Assembly (NCBI RefSeq): GCF_041248615.1
Contig: NZ_CP158426.1
Origin: Escherichia coli
GTDB taxonomy: Bacteria > Pseudomonadota > Gammaproteobacteria > Enterobacterales > Enterobacteriaceae
Length of the DNA: 64,000 bases
Direction: 5' to 3' (one strand)
Part shown: in pieces, positions 1-17,829 of the stretch
How positions within the stretch are numbered: the first letter of the stretch is position 1
How the letters are laid out: each line of letters starts with the position of its first letter
Program-made: the position numbers and the translations under genes
The notes under the pieces: generated by a model
The model's database searches: none
What the model was told of the DNA's origin: nothing
Seen by the model: only the letters and a program-made list of their open reading frames with translations

Positions 1-246
1 AGGCAGTTCGCCAAAGCGTTTGGCAACGGCCTCTCCGAGCAGAGTCGATTTATTACTCTCAATCACATCACGCAGTGAAACGATATCTCCGGCGGCATTC
101 TGCACTCGTGAACTGCTTTTTGGATGTGCGCCCATCCACAGCTCGGCCATCGGCTGGCTGGACGGATTTTCCATACCATAAAGTTCAGTCAACGCCGTTT
201 TGCTGCCCCAGGCATAGTTTTGCACTGAGTTAATGAGTTTTTGCAT
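1..246 (-). CDS. manA: Mannose-6-phosphate isomerase, 5' part only (N-terminal 82 codons; gene continues beyond window start)
   Basis: Reverse-strand translation from ATG (complement of 244-246) reads MQKLINSVQNYAWGSKTALTELYGMENPSSQPMAELWMGAHPK..., recognisable ManA N-terminus; divergent from fumA as in K-12. Confidence 0.85.
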   Translation of the reverse strand, partial: MQKLINSVQNYAWGSKTALTELYGMENPSSQPMAELWMGAHPKSSSRVQNAAGDIVSLRDVIESNKSTLLGEAVAKRFGELP

Positions 247-444
247 GATCAATCCCTGTTTTAATGTGGAAATTAATCCCGCTATTAAAGCAAGAATCCT
301 ACGGGAAGTAACCTGGAGCCGCAAAAAGTCGTACTAGTCTCAGTTTTTGTTAAAAAAGTGTGTAGGATATTGTTACTCGCTTTTAACAGGGCAACGGAAC
401 ACCCGCCCAGAGCATAACCAAACCAGGCAGTAAGTGAGAGAACA

Positions 445-2091
445 ATGTCAAACAAACCCTTTCATTATCAGGCTCCTTTTCCACTCAAAAAAGATGATAC
501 TGAGTATTACCTGCTAACCAGCGAACACGTTAGCGTATCTGAATTTGAAGGGCAGGAGATTTTGAAAGTCGCACCCGAAGCGTTAACTTTGTTGGCGCGT
601 CAGGCGTTTCATGATGCGTCATTTATGCTGCGTCCGGCTCACCAACAACAGGTGGCCGACATTCTGCGTGACCCAGAAGCCAGCGAAAATGATAAATATG
701 TGGCGCTGCAATTCCTGCGTAACTCCGACATCGCGGCGAAAGGCGTTCTGCCAACCTGTCAGGATACCGGCACCGCGATTATTGTTGGTAAAAAAGGGCA
801 GCGTGTATGGACCGGTGGCGGTGATGAAGCGGCGCTGGCACGCGGTGTCTATAACACTTATATCGAAGATAATCTGCGCTACTCGCAAAACGCGCCGCTG
901 GATATGTATAAAGAGGTGAATACTGGCACCAATCTACCAGCGCAGATCGATCTTTATGCCGTTGATGGCGACGAGTACAAATTCCTCTGTATCGCCAAAG
1001 GTGGCGGTTCGGCAAACAAGACGTATCTCTATCAGGAAACCAAAGCGTTACTAACGCCGGGGAAACTGAAAAATTACCTGGTTGAGAAGATGCGCACGCT
1101 GGGTACGGCGGCCTGTCCTCCGTATCATATTGCGTTCGTTATTGGTGGAACTTCTGCAGAAACGAACCTTAAAACGGTGAAACTGGCTTCCGCTAAATAC
1201 TATGATGAACTGCCAACGGAAGGGAATGAGCACGGACAGGCGTTCCGCGATGTGGAACTGGAAAAAGAATTGCTGATCGAAGCGCAAAATCTTGGTCTGG
1301 GTGCGCAGTTTGGCGGTAAATACTTCGCTCACGACATCCGCGTGATTCGCCTGCCACGTCACGGCGCATCCTGCCCGGTCGGTATGGGCGTCTCCTGCTC
1401 TGCTGACCGTAATATCAAAGCGAAGATCAACCGTCAGGGGATTTGGATCGAAAAACTGGAATATAATCCAGGCAAATATATCCCGGAAGAGCTGCGCAAA
1501 GCGGGAGAAGGCGAAGCGGTGCGCGTTGACCTTAACCGTCCGATGAAAGAGATCCTCTCACAGTTGTCGCAGTATCCCGTTTCTACACGCTTATCGCTTA
1601 ACGGCACGATTATCGTTGGTCGTGATATTGCTCACGCCAAACTGAAAGAGCGGATGGATAACGGTGAAGGGCTGCCGCTGTACATTAAAGATCATCCGAT
1701 TTACTACGCGGGTCCGGCCAAAACGCCGGAAGGTTATGCTTCCGGTTCTCTTGGCCCAACGACCGCCGGCCGGATGGATTCTTATGTCGATCAACTGCAA
1801 GCGCAGGGCGGAAGTATGATCATGCTGGCGAAAGGCAACCGCAGCCAGCAGGTGACGGATGCCTGTAAAAAACACGGCGGCTTCTACCTTGGCAGTATCG
1901 GTGGTCCGGCCGCTGTATTGGCGCAGGGTAGTATTAAGAGCCTGGAATGTGTTGAATATCCGGAACTGGGAATGGAAGCCATCTGGAAAATTGAAGTGGA
2001 AGATTTCCCGGCATTTATCCTTGTGGATGATAAAGGAAATGACTTCTTCCAGCAGATACAACTTACACAGTGCACCCGCTGTGTGAAATAA
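445..2091 (+). CDS. fumA: Fumarate hydratase class I (aerobic), 548 aa
   Basis: Track ORF 548 aa, [18 protein letters not shown]...; ATG at 445; intrinsic terminator follows. Confidence 0.96.
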   Translation: MSNKPFHYQAPFPLKKDDTEYYLLTSEHVSVSEFEGQEILKVAPEALTLLARQAFHDASFMLRPAHQQQVADILRDPEASENDKYVALQFLRNSDIAAKGVLPTCQDTGTAIIVGKKGQRVWTGGGDEAALARGVYNTYIEDNLRYSQNAPLDMYKEVNTGTNLPAQIDLYAVDGDEYKFLCIAKGGGSANKTYLYQETKALLTPGKLKNYLVEKMRTLGTAACPPYHIAFVIGGTSAETNLKTVKLASAKYYDELPTEGNEHGQAFRDVELEKELLIEAQNLGLGAQFGGKYFAHDIRVIRLPRHGASCPVGMGVSCSADRNIKAKINRQGIWIEKLEYNPGKYIPEELRKAGEGEAVRVDLNRPMKEILSQLSQYPVSTRLSLNGTIIVGRDIAHAKLKERMDNGEGLPLYIKDHPIYYAGPAKTPEGYASGSLGPTTAGRMDSYVDQLQAQGGSMIMLAKGNRSQQVTDACKKHGGFYLGSIGGPAAVLAQGSIKSLECVEYPELGMEAIWKIEVEDFPAFILVDDKGNDFFQQIQLTQCTRCVK

Positions 2092-2095
2092 ACAG

Positions 2096-2120
2096 AGCCG
2101 CCCTTCGGGGCGGTTTTTTT
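2096..2120 (+). terminator. Rho-independent terminator of fumA
   Basis: GC stem GCCGCCC/GGGCGG with TTCG loop followed by T7 run, 5 nt after fumA stop. Confidence 0.8.
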
Positions 2121-2233
2121 ACATGGCACGAAAGACCAAACATTTGTTATCAAATAGTAAATAATGAGTGAGCTAAAAGTTGCTTAACGAAAGCAAAACA
2201 GAAAGAAAAAATTAATCAGGTGAGGAGCAGGCC

Positions 2234-5941
<3,708 letters not shown>

Positions 5942-5944
5942 CGC

Positions 5945-6664
5945 TTATTCCCATGCATGAGGCGCAAAAAGATAGCCTTTGTTACGCACAGTTTTAATGC
6001 GATAAGGTTCTGCGGCGTTATCGAGCAGTTTTTTTCTTAACCGCGAAATAGCCACGTCCACGCTACGATCCAGTCCGTCATAACTGACGCCGCGTAAATT
6101 TTTCAGCAATGCATCGCGGTCCATGATTTGCCCGGCATGGGTAGCTAATTCCCACAATAATTCGAAATCAGCTGTCGAGAGCGAGATTTCAGTGTTAGCC
6201 AGGGTGACTACGCGGTTGATGGGATCGATGGTCAACGTGCCGAAATGCAGGGCTTTGTAGGGAGTCAGAGACGTTTCCTGAAGACCTTTGGTCAGTGTGG
6301 CTTGCTCATTCTGACGCAAATGCAAACGTAAACGCGCTAGCAAAACAGCAGGGGGCGTCGTTTTGAGAATATAGTCGCAGGCACCCATTTCCAGTGCCAG
6401 GATGTGGTTCATATCGCTATCGAGAGAGGTTAGAAGAACAATCGGTCCAGACCACTTTGCGCGTAAATCACGACAAATGGTCATGCCGTCCTTGCCTGGT
6501 AGCATGATGTCGAGTAACACCAAATCCGGATTTTCTCGCAAAATAGTTTCTTCGGCCCGGTCGCCGCGCGGTTCCACGGTAACCTGCATATCATGTTTTG
6601 CCAGGTACGCAGCAATCAGTGAACCGACTTCCGCATCATCTTCCACAAATACGATAGTGTTCAT
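5945..6664 (-). CDS. rstA: Two-component response regulator RstA (OmpR family), 239 aa
   Basis: Track ORF 259 aa; start placed at internal MNTIVFVEDD (complement ATG 6662-6664) giving 239 aa receiver + winged-helix domain. Confidence 0.9.
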   Translation of the reverse strand: MNTIVFVEDDAEVGSLIAAYLAKHDMQVTVEPRGDRAEETILRENPDLVLLDIMLPGKDGMTICRDLRAKWSGPIVLLTSLDSDMNHILALEMGACDYILKTTPPAVLLARLRLHLRQNEQATLTKGLQETSLTPYKALHFGTLTIDPINRVVTLANTEISLSTADFELLWELATHAGQIMDRDALLKNLRGVSYDGLDRSVDVAISRLRKKLLDNAAEPYRIKTVRNKGYLFAPHAWE

Positions 6665-6792
6665 AACATTCACGGTAGATATAAAAACGTCACAATACAC
6701 CGCGCTGTTTTTACTTACTATCAATCGTTTCTAAACAAGGTTTCATCAGGTATTCTACTGATAACTTGTTATGGAAGTGTTAAGGTAAAAAG

Positions 6793-7128
6793 ATGGGGCT
6801 GGTAATCAAAGCCGCGCTCGGTGCGCTGGTAGTGCTGTTGATTGGTGTTTTAGCAAAAACGAAAAATTATTATATCGCCGGGCTGATCCCACTTTTCCCG
6901 ACCTTTGCGCTCATCGCGCATTATATTGTTGCCAGCGAACGCGGCATTGAAGCCTTACGCGCAACCATCATTTTTAGCATGTGGTCGATTATTCCCTATT
7001 TTGTTTACCTGGTGTCGCTGTGGTATTTCACCGGAATGATGCGCTTACCCGCTGCTTTTGTTGGTTCTGTTGCGTGTTGGGGGATAAGCGCATGGGTGTT
7101 GATTATATGCTGGATAAAGCTGCATTAA
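6793..7128 (+). CDS. ydgC: GlpM-family small inner membrane protein, 111 aa
   Basis: Track ORF 111 aa, highly hydrophobic; position between rstA and folM. Confidence 0.85.
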   Translation: MGLVIKAALGALVVLLIGVLAKTKNYYIAGLIPLFPTFALIAHYIVASERGIEALRATIIFSMWSIIPYFVYLVSLWYFTGMMRLPAAFVGSVACWGISAWVLIICWIKLH

Positions 7129-7847
7129 CGCAGATGACGACCGCCATCAAGAGGGAAACTGCGTCCGGTGACAAAGCAGCTGGTAAGTAAGTAATCGACC
7201 AGGTCGATTACTTCTTTCTCGCCAGGCGCGGTTTTCATCAGTGATTTATTCAGCGCCTGTTGTCGATATTCGGCATCATCATGCTCATTAAACAGGATCA
7301 GCGATGGCGCAATAGAATTCACTTTCACTTCCGGTGCCAACTTGCGGGCAAACGAGCGGGTCATATTATCCAGTGCCGCTTTGCTTGCAGCATAGGCAAT
7401 ATGTTTGTCGCTACCGCGCTCCACCACATAATCGGTAAAGTGAATAATATCGCTGGCGGCGTGTCCGTGCCCACGCAGTAATCTTTCCAGGGCATGGTTG
7501 AGTAGATATGGGGTATTAACGTGGATCTGCATCATGCAAGCCAGTACGTCGGTCAGTGGTGTACTTGGTTTTTCTGCCATCCACGCGCTGGCGTTATGCA
7601 AAATAGCACGCAGGCCATGGGTGCTTTTTAGTACTTCATCGGCAAACGCCATCACACCGTCGTTGGTCGAAAAATCAGCCTGAATACACTGCGCACCTGC
7701 GTTAATCAGTCCATCAATGGCTGGATAGTGCGTCCGATAGCTGATAATCACCGGTTGCTTTTGATTAATGAAATGCCATGCGAGGGCGAGGCCGATGCGA
7801 CGACCACCGCCAGTAATTAATATTGGCAAGGGCTGGGCTTTACCCAT
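7125..7847 (-). CDS. folM: Dihydromonapterin reductase (SDR family), 240 aa
   Basis: Track ORF 240 aa with SDR Rossmann motif (ILITGGGRRIG); 4-nt convergent overlap with ydgC. Confidence 0.9.
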   Translation of the reverse strand: MGKAQPLPILITGGGRRIGLALAWHFINQKQPVIISYRTHYPAIDGLINAGAQCIQADFSTNDGVMAFADEVLKSTHGLRAILHNASAWMAEKPSTPLTDVLACMMQIHVNTPYLLNHALERLLRGHGHAASDIIHFTDYVVERGSDKHIAYAASKAALDNMTRSFARKLAPEVKVNSIAPSLILFNEHDDAEYRQQALNKSLMKTAPGEKEVIDLVDYLLTSCFVTGRSFPLDGGRHLR

Positions 7848-7883
7848 CGTTATCTCCTTTGCTATCCAACGATGGGATGAACG

Positions 7884-9266
7884 TTATCCCACCAGCATCC
7901 AGGTCGCCGGAACTGAGGCAATTAACAGCATGCCAATCAGCACCATTTCCTGACGATTCAGTACATTATCATGGGTATGCGTTTTACGCGCGTACAGGAA
8001 AACCAGCAGCCCCGGTGCATACAGAACAACGGATAACAGCAAGTGCATTGGACCAGAGGCGTACAATAACCATAAGCCATAAATGCAGGCACCGACACCT
8101 ACCGCTTTATGCAGTGGACGGGTTGCGATTTTCAGCAAGAACGCGCCGACCAGGAAATAGGGCACCAGAATCATTTCTGAGGCGATGGTCAGCAATGTGT
8201 TGTAATCGGAACCGGTCAGCCAGATGAGCACCAGACAAATTTGCACGCAGATGTTGGTCAGCCACAGTGAAGCGGATGGCGCAGCTTGTGCGTTCTGGCG
8301 CGCAAAAATGCGCGGGAATGCTTTATGAGTGGCGGCAAGGAACGGAACTTCTGCTGCCATGATGGTCCAGCTTAAGTACGCGCCGCAAACGGAAACGATC
8401 AAACCGGCAGCGATGATGATTTCGCCCCACGGTCCCATCATTTCCACCATCAGACCGGCCATTGACGGGTTACGAATTTCAGCCAGTTCAGGACGTGCCA
8501 CCACGCCCAGCGAAAGCAGCGTTACCAGCAAATAAACGCCCAGAGCGGAGAGAACCGCCAGCAGTGTCGCTTTGCCAACATCACGCTTATTACGCGCACG
8601 CGCAGAAACAACCACGGCACCTTCCACACCAATGAAAACCCACAGGGTGATCAGCATGGTGTTTTTCACCTGTTCCCACACGGGTACGCCAAGTGCAAGT
8701 CCGGTGAAGTCGAGCTTGAAGGTATCCAGTTTGAACATCATTATCGCCAGCACAACAAACAGACCCAACGGCAACAATTTTGCCAGTGTCGCCACAAGGT
8801 TAATGCTGGCAGCGGTTTGCACCCCGCGCAGGATCAAAAAGTGAACAATCCACAATAAAGCCGATGCACCGACGATCGATTGCCAGGTATTACCATCGCC
8901 AAACAGGCGCAATTCCGGCGTGTCCGTAAAAAAGCTTAACGCGGAAAAAACGATCACCAGATAGGAGACGTTGGCGATGACCGCGCACAGCCAGTATCCC
9001 CATGCGGAACAAAAGCCGATTAGCTCGCCAAACCCTTCGCGGGCATAGGTAAAGATACCGCCGTCAAGTTCGGGACGAATGCGCGTGAGGATCAGCATGG
9101 CAAAGGCCAGCAATAAAATGCCTGCGCCAGTAATACCCCAGCCGATGAGCAGTGCTGCCGGGCTGGCAACTGCCGCCATATTTTGCGGCAGACTGAAAAC
9201 ACCCGCGCCCAGCATTGAGCTTAATACCAGCGCGGTGAGTGCGCTCAGTCCCAGTTTCTTTTCCAT
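7884..9266 (-). CDS. ydgI: Putative arginine:ornithine antiporter (APC family), 460 aa
   Basis: Track ORF 460 aa polytopic membrane protein; synteny upstream of folM. Confidence 0.88.
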   Translation of the reverse strand: MEKKLGLSALTALVLSSMLGAGVFSLPQNMAAVASPAALLIGWGITGAGILLLAFAMLILTRIRPELDGGIFTYAREGFGELIGFCSAWGYWLCAVIANVSYLVIVFSALSFFTDTPELRLFGDGNTWQSIVGASALLWIVHFLILRGVQTAASINLVATLAKLLPLGLFVVLAIMMFKLDTFKLDFTGLALGVPVWEQVKNTMLITLWVFIGVEGAVVVSARARNKRDVGKATLLAVLSALGVYLLVTLLSLGVVARPELAEIRNPSMAGLMVEMMGPWGEIIIAAGLIVSVCGAYLSWTIMAAEVPFLAATHKAFPRIFARQNAQAAPSASLWLTNICVQICLVLIWLTGSDYNTLLTIASEMILVPYFLVGAFLLKIATRPLHKAVGVGACIYGLWLLYASGPMHLLLSVVLYAPGLLVFLYARKTHTHDNVLNRQEMVLIGMLLIASVPATWMLVG

Positions 9267-9400
9267 CGATATCCAGTGATTAAAACGTGATAAGAAGAAT
9301 AAATATTAGGGCAAAACGCATAAAAATGGAGTTTGCCACTGAAGCGCGGGATTTTACGAAGAGATGTGTCTGCATGCAATGGTCGCGGGGAAATTTGTGA

Positions 9401-9432
9401 CTAAAAATGCGAAAGGCGGCATCAAGCCGCCT
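9401..9432 (-). terminator. Rho-independent terminator downstream of ydgH
   Basis: Stem AGGCGGC/GCCGCCT with ATCAA loop; on the minus strand followed by U-rich tract (complement of CTAAAAATGCGAAA). Confidence 0.6.
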
Positions 9433-9451
9433 TATAGGAGTAACTGAATAG

Positions 9452-10396
9452 TTATTTATACAGATCTGCGCTGACGGTCAGGTTATTACCACGTTCCTGC
9501 CACTGGCGGGTGATGTGGTAATACTTAGCACCTTTCTTCGCGGCACGTTTCGCAACCTGATAGGAGACTTCGGTCATGTTGCCGTAGTTGCCAGAGAATT
9601 TGATGCTGTCGAACGGGACCATCATCGCTGCGGTCGCTTTGTTCAGTTCTTCGACTTTAGTGCCATCCGGGAGCGTGACGGTGTAACGCCCGCCTTTTGA
9701 TGACTGGGTTTCAAAGAAGCGACCGACTTCAGAACTTGGTGATGCGGTAGTCGCAACACCCGGGATCTCAACTTTCTTCGCGGCTTCGCCACCGGCAGCC
9801 AGAGCTGCACGTCCTGCTTCGGAATCTGCCGGGATCACATCCGGGCTCTGGACGATACGTTTCTTAGCATCTTTTTTATAGATGAATGCAGTAATACGCT
9901 GGTTGCCGCCCTGGTTGGCATCGATTTGACGAACGATGTAGAAAGAGTAGGCACCTTTCGCTTTTGCCGCTTTGGTGATGGCATCATTGACTTCTGGCTG
10001 GCTACGATAAAAGCCCTGGACGGTGACCGTGTCAAACGGTTCAATCAGAACGGCCTGATCTTTCGGCAGTTCGACAACCCCGTTAATTACGCGATTACTT
10101 GTTTCTTCTGCTTTTTCAGCATCGGCTTTATAGAGGTCAGCGACCACACGCCAGTTACCGCTGTTACCAAAATCAGAAGTGTCGACAACATAAAAAGAGG
10201 CGGCACCTTCTTTATCTGCGCGACGAGAAACGGCTTTCACCGCTTCGCCAATAGCATTAAAACGACCGGTAACCACTACACGGTCAAAAGGTTTAACCGC
10301 TGCCGCTTGCTCCGGTGTCAGTTCTGTTGCTGCGTTAACGGAGAATGCCGTAGCAGAAAGCAGTGCCGACGCCAGGAGGGTGTTCTTAAGCTTCAT
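9452..10396 (-). CDS. ydgH: Periplasmic protein YdgH (three DUF1471-like repeats), 314 aa
   Basis: Track ORF 314 aa with signal peptide and internally repeated ~90-aa modules. Confidence 0.88.
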   Translation of the reverse strand: MKLKNTLLASALLSATAFSVNAATELTPEQAAAVKPFDRVVVTGRFNAIGEAVKAVSRRADKEGAASFYVVDTSDFGNSGNWRVVADLYKADAEKAEETSNRVINGVVELPKDQAVLIEPFDTVTVQGFYRSQPEVNDAITKAAKAKGAYSFYIVRQIDANQGGNQRITAFIYKKDAKKRIVQSPDVIPADSEAGRAALAAGGEAAKKVEIPGVATTASPSSEVGRFFETQSSKGGRYTVTLPDGTKVEELNKATAAMMVPFDSIKFSGNYGNMTEVSYQVAKRAAKKGAKYYHITRQWQERGNNLTVSADLYK

Positions 10397-10856
10397 AAAA
10401 ATAATCCTTCGCCTTGCGCAAACCAGGTACTGGTATTGTTATTAACGAGAAACGTGGCTGATTATTGCATTTAAACGGTGTAACTGTCTGCGTCATTTTT
10501 CATATCACATTCCTTAAGCCAATTTTAATCCTGCTCAAATGACCGTCTATGCTTAAAAAACAGCCGTATCAGCATCAATACTACTGAAGCAACTGAATTG
10601 TATAAGTTAATTTAATGTTAAGTAGTGATTCGTGCCGGGGCGATGTCTCGTTTTACCTGACCGTCGAAGACAATTATCAGTCTTTATCCGGCGTTCTAAG
10701 GTGTTTATCCCACTATCACGGCTGAATCGTTAATATTTTGCGAGTTCACGCCGAAATACTGATTTTTGGCGCTAGATCACAGGCATAATTTTCAGTACGT
10801 TATAGGGCGTTTGTTACTAATTTATTTTAACGGAGTAACATTTAGCTCGTACATGA

Positions 10857-12452
<1,596 letters not shown>

Positions 12453-12459
12453 GGGGTAA

Positions 12460-13851
<1,392 letters not shown>

Positions 13852-13855
13852 CCCT

Positions 13856-13884
13856 GACGGCCTCTGCGGAGGCCGTCACTCTTT
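13856..13884. terminator. Hairpin shared by convergent pntB and tqsA (probable bidirectional terminator)
   Basis: GACGGCCTC/GAGGCCGTC perfect 9-bp stem with TGCG loop, followed by T-rich tract on plus strand; overlaps tqsA stop. Confidence 0.6.
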
Positions 13885-14910
13885 ATTGAGATCGCTTAAC
13901 AGAACGGCGATGCTTTGACCTCCCGCTGTTTGTTCAAGCGCAATTTTGACAATAATTGTCAACGGCACGGAAAGCAGCATACCCACCGGTCCTAACAACC
14001 ATCCCCAAAAAATCAACGACAAAAATACCACCAATGTCGAAAGCCCCAGCCCACGTCCCATGATGCGCGGCTCCAGAATATTGCCGAAGACCAGATTAAT
14101 CAGCAGATATCCCGCCAGCACCAACAACGCTTCGTAGAAGCCATTAAACACCAGTACCTGAGCGATAGGGGGAATTGCCGCGAGAACTGAACCAATATTC
14201 GGGATGTAATTAAGCGCAAAGGCCAGCAATCCCCAGACAAAAGCGAAGCGAACATCGAGTGCGGCGAGCATCGCCCAGGCGACCAGGCCGGTGATGATGC
14301 TGATGGCTGTTTTCAGCACCAGATAATGAGACACACTGTCAATCGCACGCTGAATCGCCGCCATCCCTTCAACCGGACGCGCCATCATTTGCTGAAATTT
14401 TCCGGGCAATTGTGGCACTTCGAGCAGCATAAACAGCACCGTCAGCAGCAATAAAAAGATTGATGACATGGCATTAGATAACTGCGTCAATAAGTTGGTG
14501 AGCAACGTCATCGCCGCGTTCGGATCAATGTAATGCGCCAGTTGGTCAACTGAGACGTCAATCCCTACGCGTTGCAACAACGGTTCAAGAGCTTGCAGCG
14601 GCGTCATAATAGAGTTGCGATATTGCGGTAACGTCCGCGTCAACTCGTTGAGTGCGGAACCCAGATAAGCTAACAGCAACACCATCGCCATCACGATGAT
14701 GGTCATCAAAATCGACACTGCCAGTACACGCGGCACACGCCAGCGGACCATGTGTTGCACCAGCGGGTTAAGAATAACAGCAATAAATAATGCGAGAATA
14801 AACGGCACGATGATCTCGGCGGCAAAACGGATACCGCAGAGAATAATGACCAGCATTCCCAACATAATGACGATTTTTAGGCCATTGAGCGTGATGATCG
14901 GCTTTGCCAT
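13876..14910 (-). CDS. tqsA: AI-2 transporter (AI-2E family), 344 aa
   Basis: Track ORF 344 aa polytopic membrane protein; synteny. Confidence 0.88.
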
Positions 14911-15321
14911 GCTTGTCCCCGTTTTTTCTTCCTTTGCTAATAATAATGTCTTTTTCGCTCCGTCATCATAACGAAAATCAAACCGCTCAGGTAAAGAAGT
15001 GAAAATATTTTGAGTTAATTCTTAAGCTATGATACAAATCAGGCGTGTTCAACTACCGAGGACAATTATCATCCGCGATGACGAGAAGCAACACTGCGGA
15101 TAATTGTAATATTATGGACAATTTGTTCAGGACGTTATTTTCTACATTTACCCATCTTCGTACCTCATCCACTATCTTGCTCGTAGGTGAGCAGCACTGG
15201 CGCAACGCGCTTTAGTCCTTTCTTCTGCTTAAGCTTGCGCTATGCGCGGGGCTTGACCACTTTACTTTGGTTTCGCTGAATTAAGCGAAAATTAAAATAA
15301 TTCTCTTGCAGGAGAAGGACA

Positions 15322-15687
15322 ATGTATATTTATTGGATTTTATTAGGTCTGGCTATTGCTACAGAAATTACCGGTACGCTGTCTATGAAATGGGCGAGCG
15401 TCAGTGAGGGAAATGGCGGCTTTATTTTAATGCTGGTGATGATTTCTCTGTCGTATATATTTCTCTCTTTCGCCGTTAAAAAGATCGCCTTAGGCGTGGC
15501 TTATGCGCTGTGGGAAGGTATCGGTATTTTATTTATTACCTTGTTTAGCGTTTTGTTATTCGACGAAAGTCTATCGCTGATGAAAATTGCCGGGTTAACC
15601 ACCCTGGTCGCCGGGATTGTATTGATCAAATCAGGTACCCGTAAAGCGCGTAAACCTGAACTGGAGGTGAACCATGGCGCAGTTTGA
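15322..15687 (+). CDS. mdtJ: Spermidine export protein MdtJ (SMR family), 121 aa
   Basis: Track ORF 121 aa, 4-TM SMR fold; RBS GGAGAAGG upstream; overlaps mdtI by 14 nt. Confidence 0.9.
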
Positions 15688-16003
15688 ATGGGTTCACGCC
15701 GCATGGCTGGCATTGGCAATCGTGCTGGAAATCGTTGCTAACGTCTTTTTGAAATTTTCTGACGGCTTTCGTCGCAAAATATTTGGCTTGCTCTCCCTGG
15801 CTGCGGTGCTGGCTGCCTTTAGTGCGCTTTCTCAGGCCGTTAAAGGGATCGACTTGTCTGTCGCTTATGCATTGTGGGGCGGGTTTGGTATTGCCGCCAC
15901 GTTAGCCGCAGGTTGGATCTTGTTTGGTCAACGGTTAAATCGTAAAGGCTGGATTGGCCTGGTGCTGCTGTTGGCTGGAATGATCATGGTGAAACTTGCC
16001 TGA
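15674..16003 (+). CDS. mdtI: Spermidine export protein MdtI (SMR family), 109 aa
   Basis: Track ORF 109 aa SMR-family protein; RBS GGAGGTG upstream. Confidence 0.9.
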
Positions 16004-16008
16004 TGAAC

Positions 16009-16050
16009 ACGCTGCCCGCGCTGTCGGGCAGCGTTTGAACATTATTTTTG
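16009..16050. terminator. Hairpin plus T-run between convergent mdtI and ydgD
   Basis: ACGCTGCCCG/CGGGCAGCGT 10-bp stem followed by TTGAACATTATTTTT. Confidence 0.6.
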
Positions 16051-16863
16051 CGACAGTTGATCCAGCCTGTCGCGAAAACCGGTAACAGAAATGGCCCGGT
16101 TATCGGCGCGCCAGCGATCTTTCGCGGCAGGAGCCGAACTTTGCACCCCAATTAATTGCCAGCCGTCATCGGTATGCAACATCAGAGGCGAACCGCTGTC
16201 ACCTGGCAAGGTATCGCACTGATGTGACATCACCGACGTTTGCGCCCAGCCAGTCACTTCACAGTTTTGATGACTGTACAACGTATCGAGATGATCTTCA
16301 GGGTATCCCGCCTGAGTCACTTTACGACCTGCTGCTTTTAATGCGGCGGTAAGCGCGGCTTTATCTCCCTCAAATAACGGCAACGGTGTAATGCCAGAAG
16401 GGGGATTACGTAGCACAATCAAACCGAAGTCCCACGGCGCAGCTGCGGGAGGAACAATCCAACCATCCCCATCTGCTTTTAACCGCTTTCCCAGTGTCGG
16501 GTCAACGCGGCCTTCTATGTCGTGGATCTCATAGCGCCAAAGACCTTTATTTGACACAAAACGCAGCGCCACCGCTTTATCGGCTTTACCCTTTGGCGGC
16601 GTCAATAAACAGTGTCCTGCCGTTAATGCCAGATTGGGTGCGATCAGCGTCGCCGTACATAAATTGCCGCTGGCCGTTTCCAGTTGGCCAACCGCATCCC
16701 ACGGTGATTGGGTCGTGTCATTCACTGGCACACGATCATCATGACCAAAAAACAGGGTGCTGACCTCATCGTTTGCCGATTTGGCAACGTCTGGTTTATC
16801 TGCAAACACAAAAGCAGACGTCAAACTAATTGCACCCAACACTACAGCAATGGTTGTACGCAT
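16042..16863 (-). CDS. ydgD: Secreted trypsin-like serine peptidase (S1 family), 273 aa
   Basis: Track ORF 273 aa with signal peptide, TAGHC histidine motif and GDSGSP serine motif. Confidence 0.85.
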   Translation of the reverse strand: MRTTIAVVLGAISLTSAFVFADKPDVAKSANDEVSTLFFGHDDRVPVNDTTQSPWDAVGQLETASGNLCTATLIAPNLALTAGHCLLTPPKGKADKAVALRFVSNKGLWRYEIHDIEGRVDPTLGKRLKADGDGWIVPPAAAPWDFGLIVLRNPPSGITPLPLFEGDKAALTAALKAAGRKVTQAGYPEDHLDTLYSHQNCEVTGWAQTSVMSHQCDTLPGDSGSPLMLHTDDGWQLIGVQSSAPAAKDRWRADNRAISVTGFRDRLDQLSQK

Positions 16864-16962
16864 ATCACACTCTGGTGGGTAATTATGATTATTAAAAGCA
16901 AACCCTCATAAATACTATAGACGGGACGGGATGAAAGTGGGAGTAAAATCAGATAACTACGA

Positions 16963-17046
16963 TCAGGAAAGATAAAAACGGGCGGCAATCAGTGCGCATA
17001 AAATAAGGATGATAAGAATGAACTCAAAGCGATAACGGCCCACCAT
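16963..17046 (-). CDS. ydgU: 27-aa hydrophobic small protein MVGRYRFEFILIILILCALIAARFYLS
   Basis: Manual translation; GGAGGG RBS 5 nt upstream of ATG; position between ydgD and asr matches my recollection of the K-12 small protein YdgU, identity not verified. Confidence 0.45.
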   Translation of the reverse strand: MVGRYRFEFILIILILCALIAARFYLS

Positions 17047-17138
17047 ACTACCCTCCGCTAAAGGCGGTGCTAAACGTTATCCGCTTAGCACCGTAATTTT
17101 CAGGCGCGAGGGGGCGCGCCAGCATTACTATTGATAAC

Positions 17139-17447
17139 TTACGCTGCGGGTTGTGCAGCAGGTTTTGCCGGTTGCTGATGGCTGTGTTTCTTGGCGTGTT
17201 TCTTCGCTGCCTGCGCTTTTTGTTCAGGAGCTTTCTGTTCAGCTTTGGCATTTTTATGATGCTTTTTAGCCGCCTGCGCTTTCTGGGCAGGTGCTGCTTT
17301 ATGCTGTTTTTTATGATGTGTGGTTTTCGCCGGCGCTGCTTTGGTGGTCGTCGCAGTCGGAGCAGGTGTGGTCGCAGTCTCTGCAGCAAAGGCAGCAGAA
17401 GACAGACCCATAGCAGCGGCAACAACCAGAGCTAATACTTTTTTCAT
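17139..17447 (-). CDS. asr: Acid shock protein, 102 aa, Ala/Lys/His-rich low-complexity periplasmic protein
   Basis: Track ORF 111 aa; start placed at [21 protein letters not shown] (complement ATG 17445-17447) giving signal peptide + KAQAAKKH repeats. Confidence 0.85.
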   Translation of the reverse strand: MKKVLALVVAAAMGLSSAAFAAETATTPAPTATTTKAAPAKTTHHKKQHKAAPAQKAQAAKKHHKNAKAEQKAPEQKAQAAKKHAKKHSHQQPAKPAAQPAA

Positions 17448-17829
17448 TGTCATACCCTCAATTTGTTTTTTCATTTAACCCCACTGCGGGGCCGTTGAAA
17501 TAACTATATCCCTGGGAATGGCAGACTTCCGTGAGTGGTTGGTTTCAGCGTGTAACGATATGTACAAACGCTGAATAAATTACAGCGTTGATAATAACGT
17601 ATTGTGACTTAAGGGAAATTTAGCTACCAATAATAGTAGTCTTGATCAGGTTAACTATTTTACTACTTACAAAGCGGTAGAATAACTGCGCATCAGTAAT
17701 AAATGACACACAGCAAAATGAATCCGTTTATTTGGGTACTTATAATCCTGATGACACTAGATGCGCTGCGGGAATTGGCTGGCGCTTCGTCTATTTTAGG
17801 ATGGCTATTAACGTTGGTTTGAGCAGGCA

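Noticed and set aside
611-2153. Multiple 60-160 aa track ORFs on both strands within fumA (for example 611-919, 1051-1362, 1591-2061)
   Set aside because: All are alternative-frame shadows inside a strongly supported 548-aa gene; the same reasoning applies to the numerous antisense ORFs inside other long genes in the track.
17048-17425. 125-aa Arg/Lys/Pro-rich ORF on the minus strand overlapping asr
   Set aside because: Out-of-frame shadow of the low-complexity asr repeat region; no RBS and it overlaps the well-supported asr and ydgU genes.
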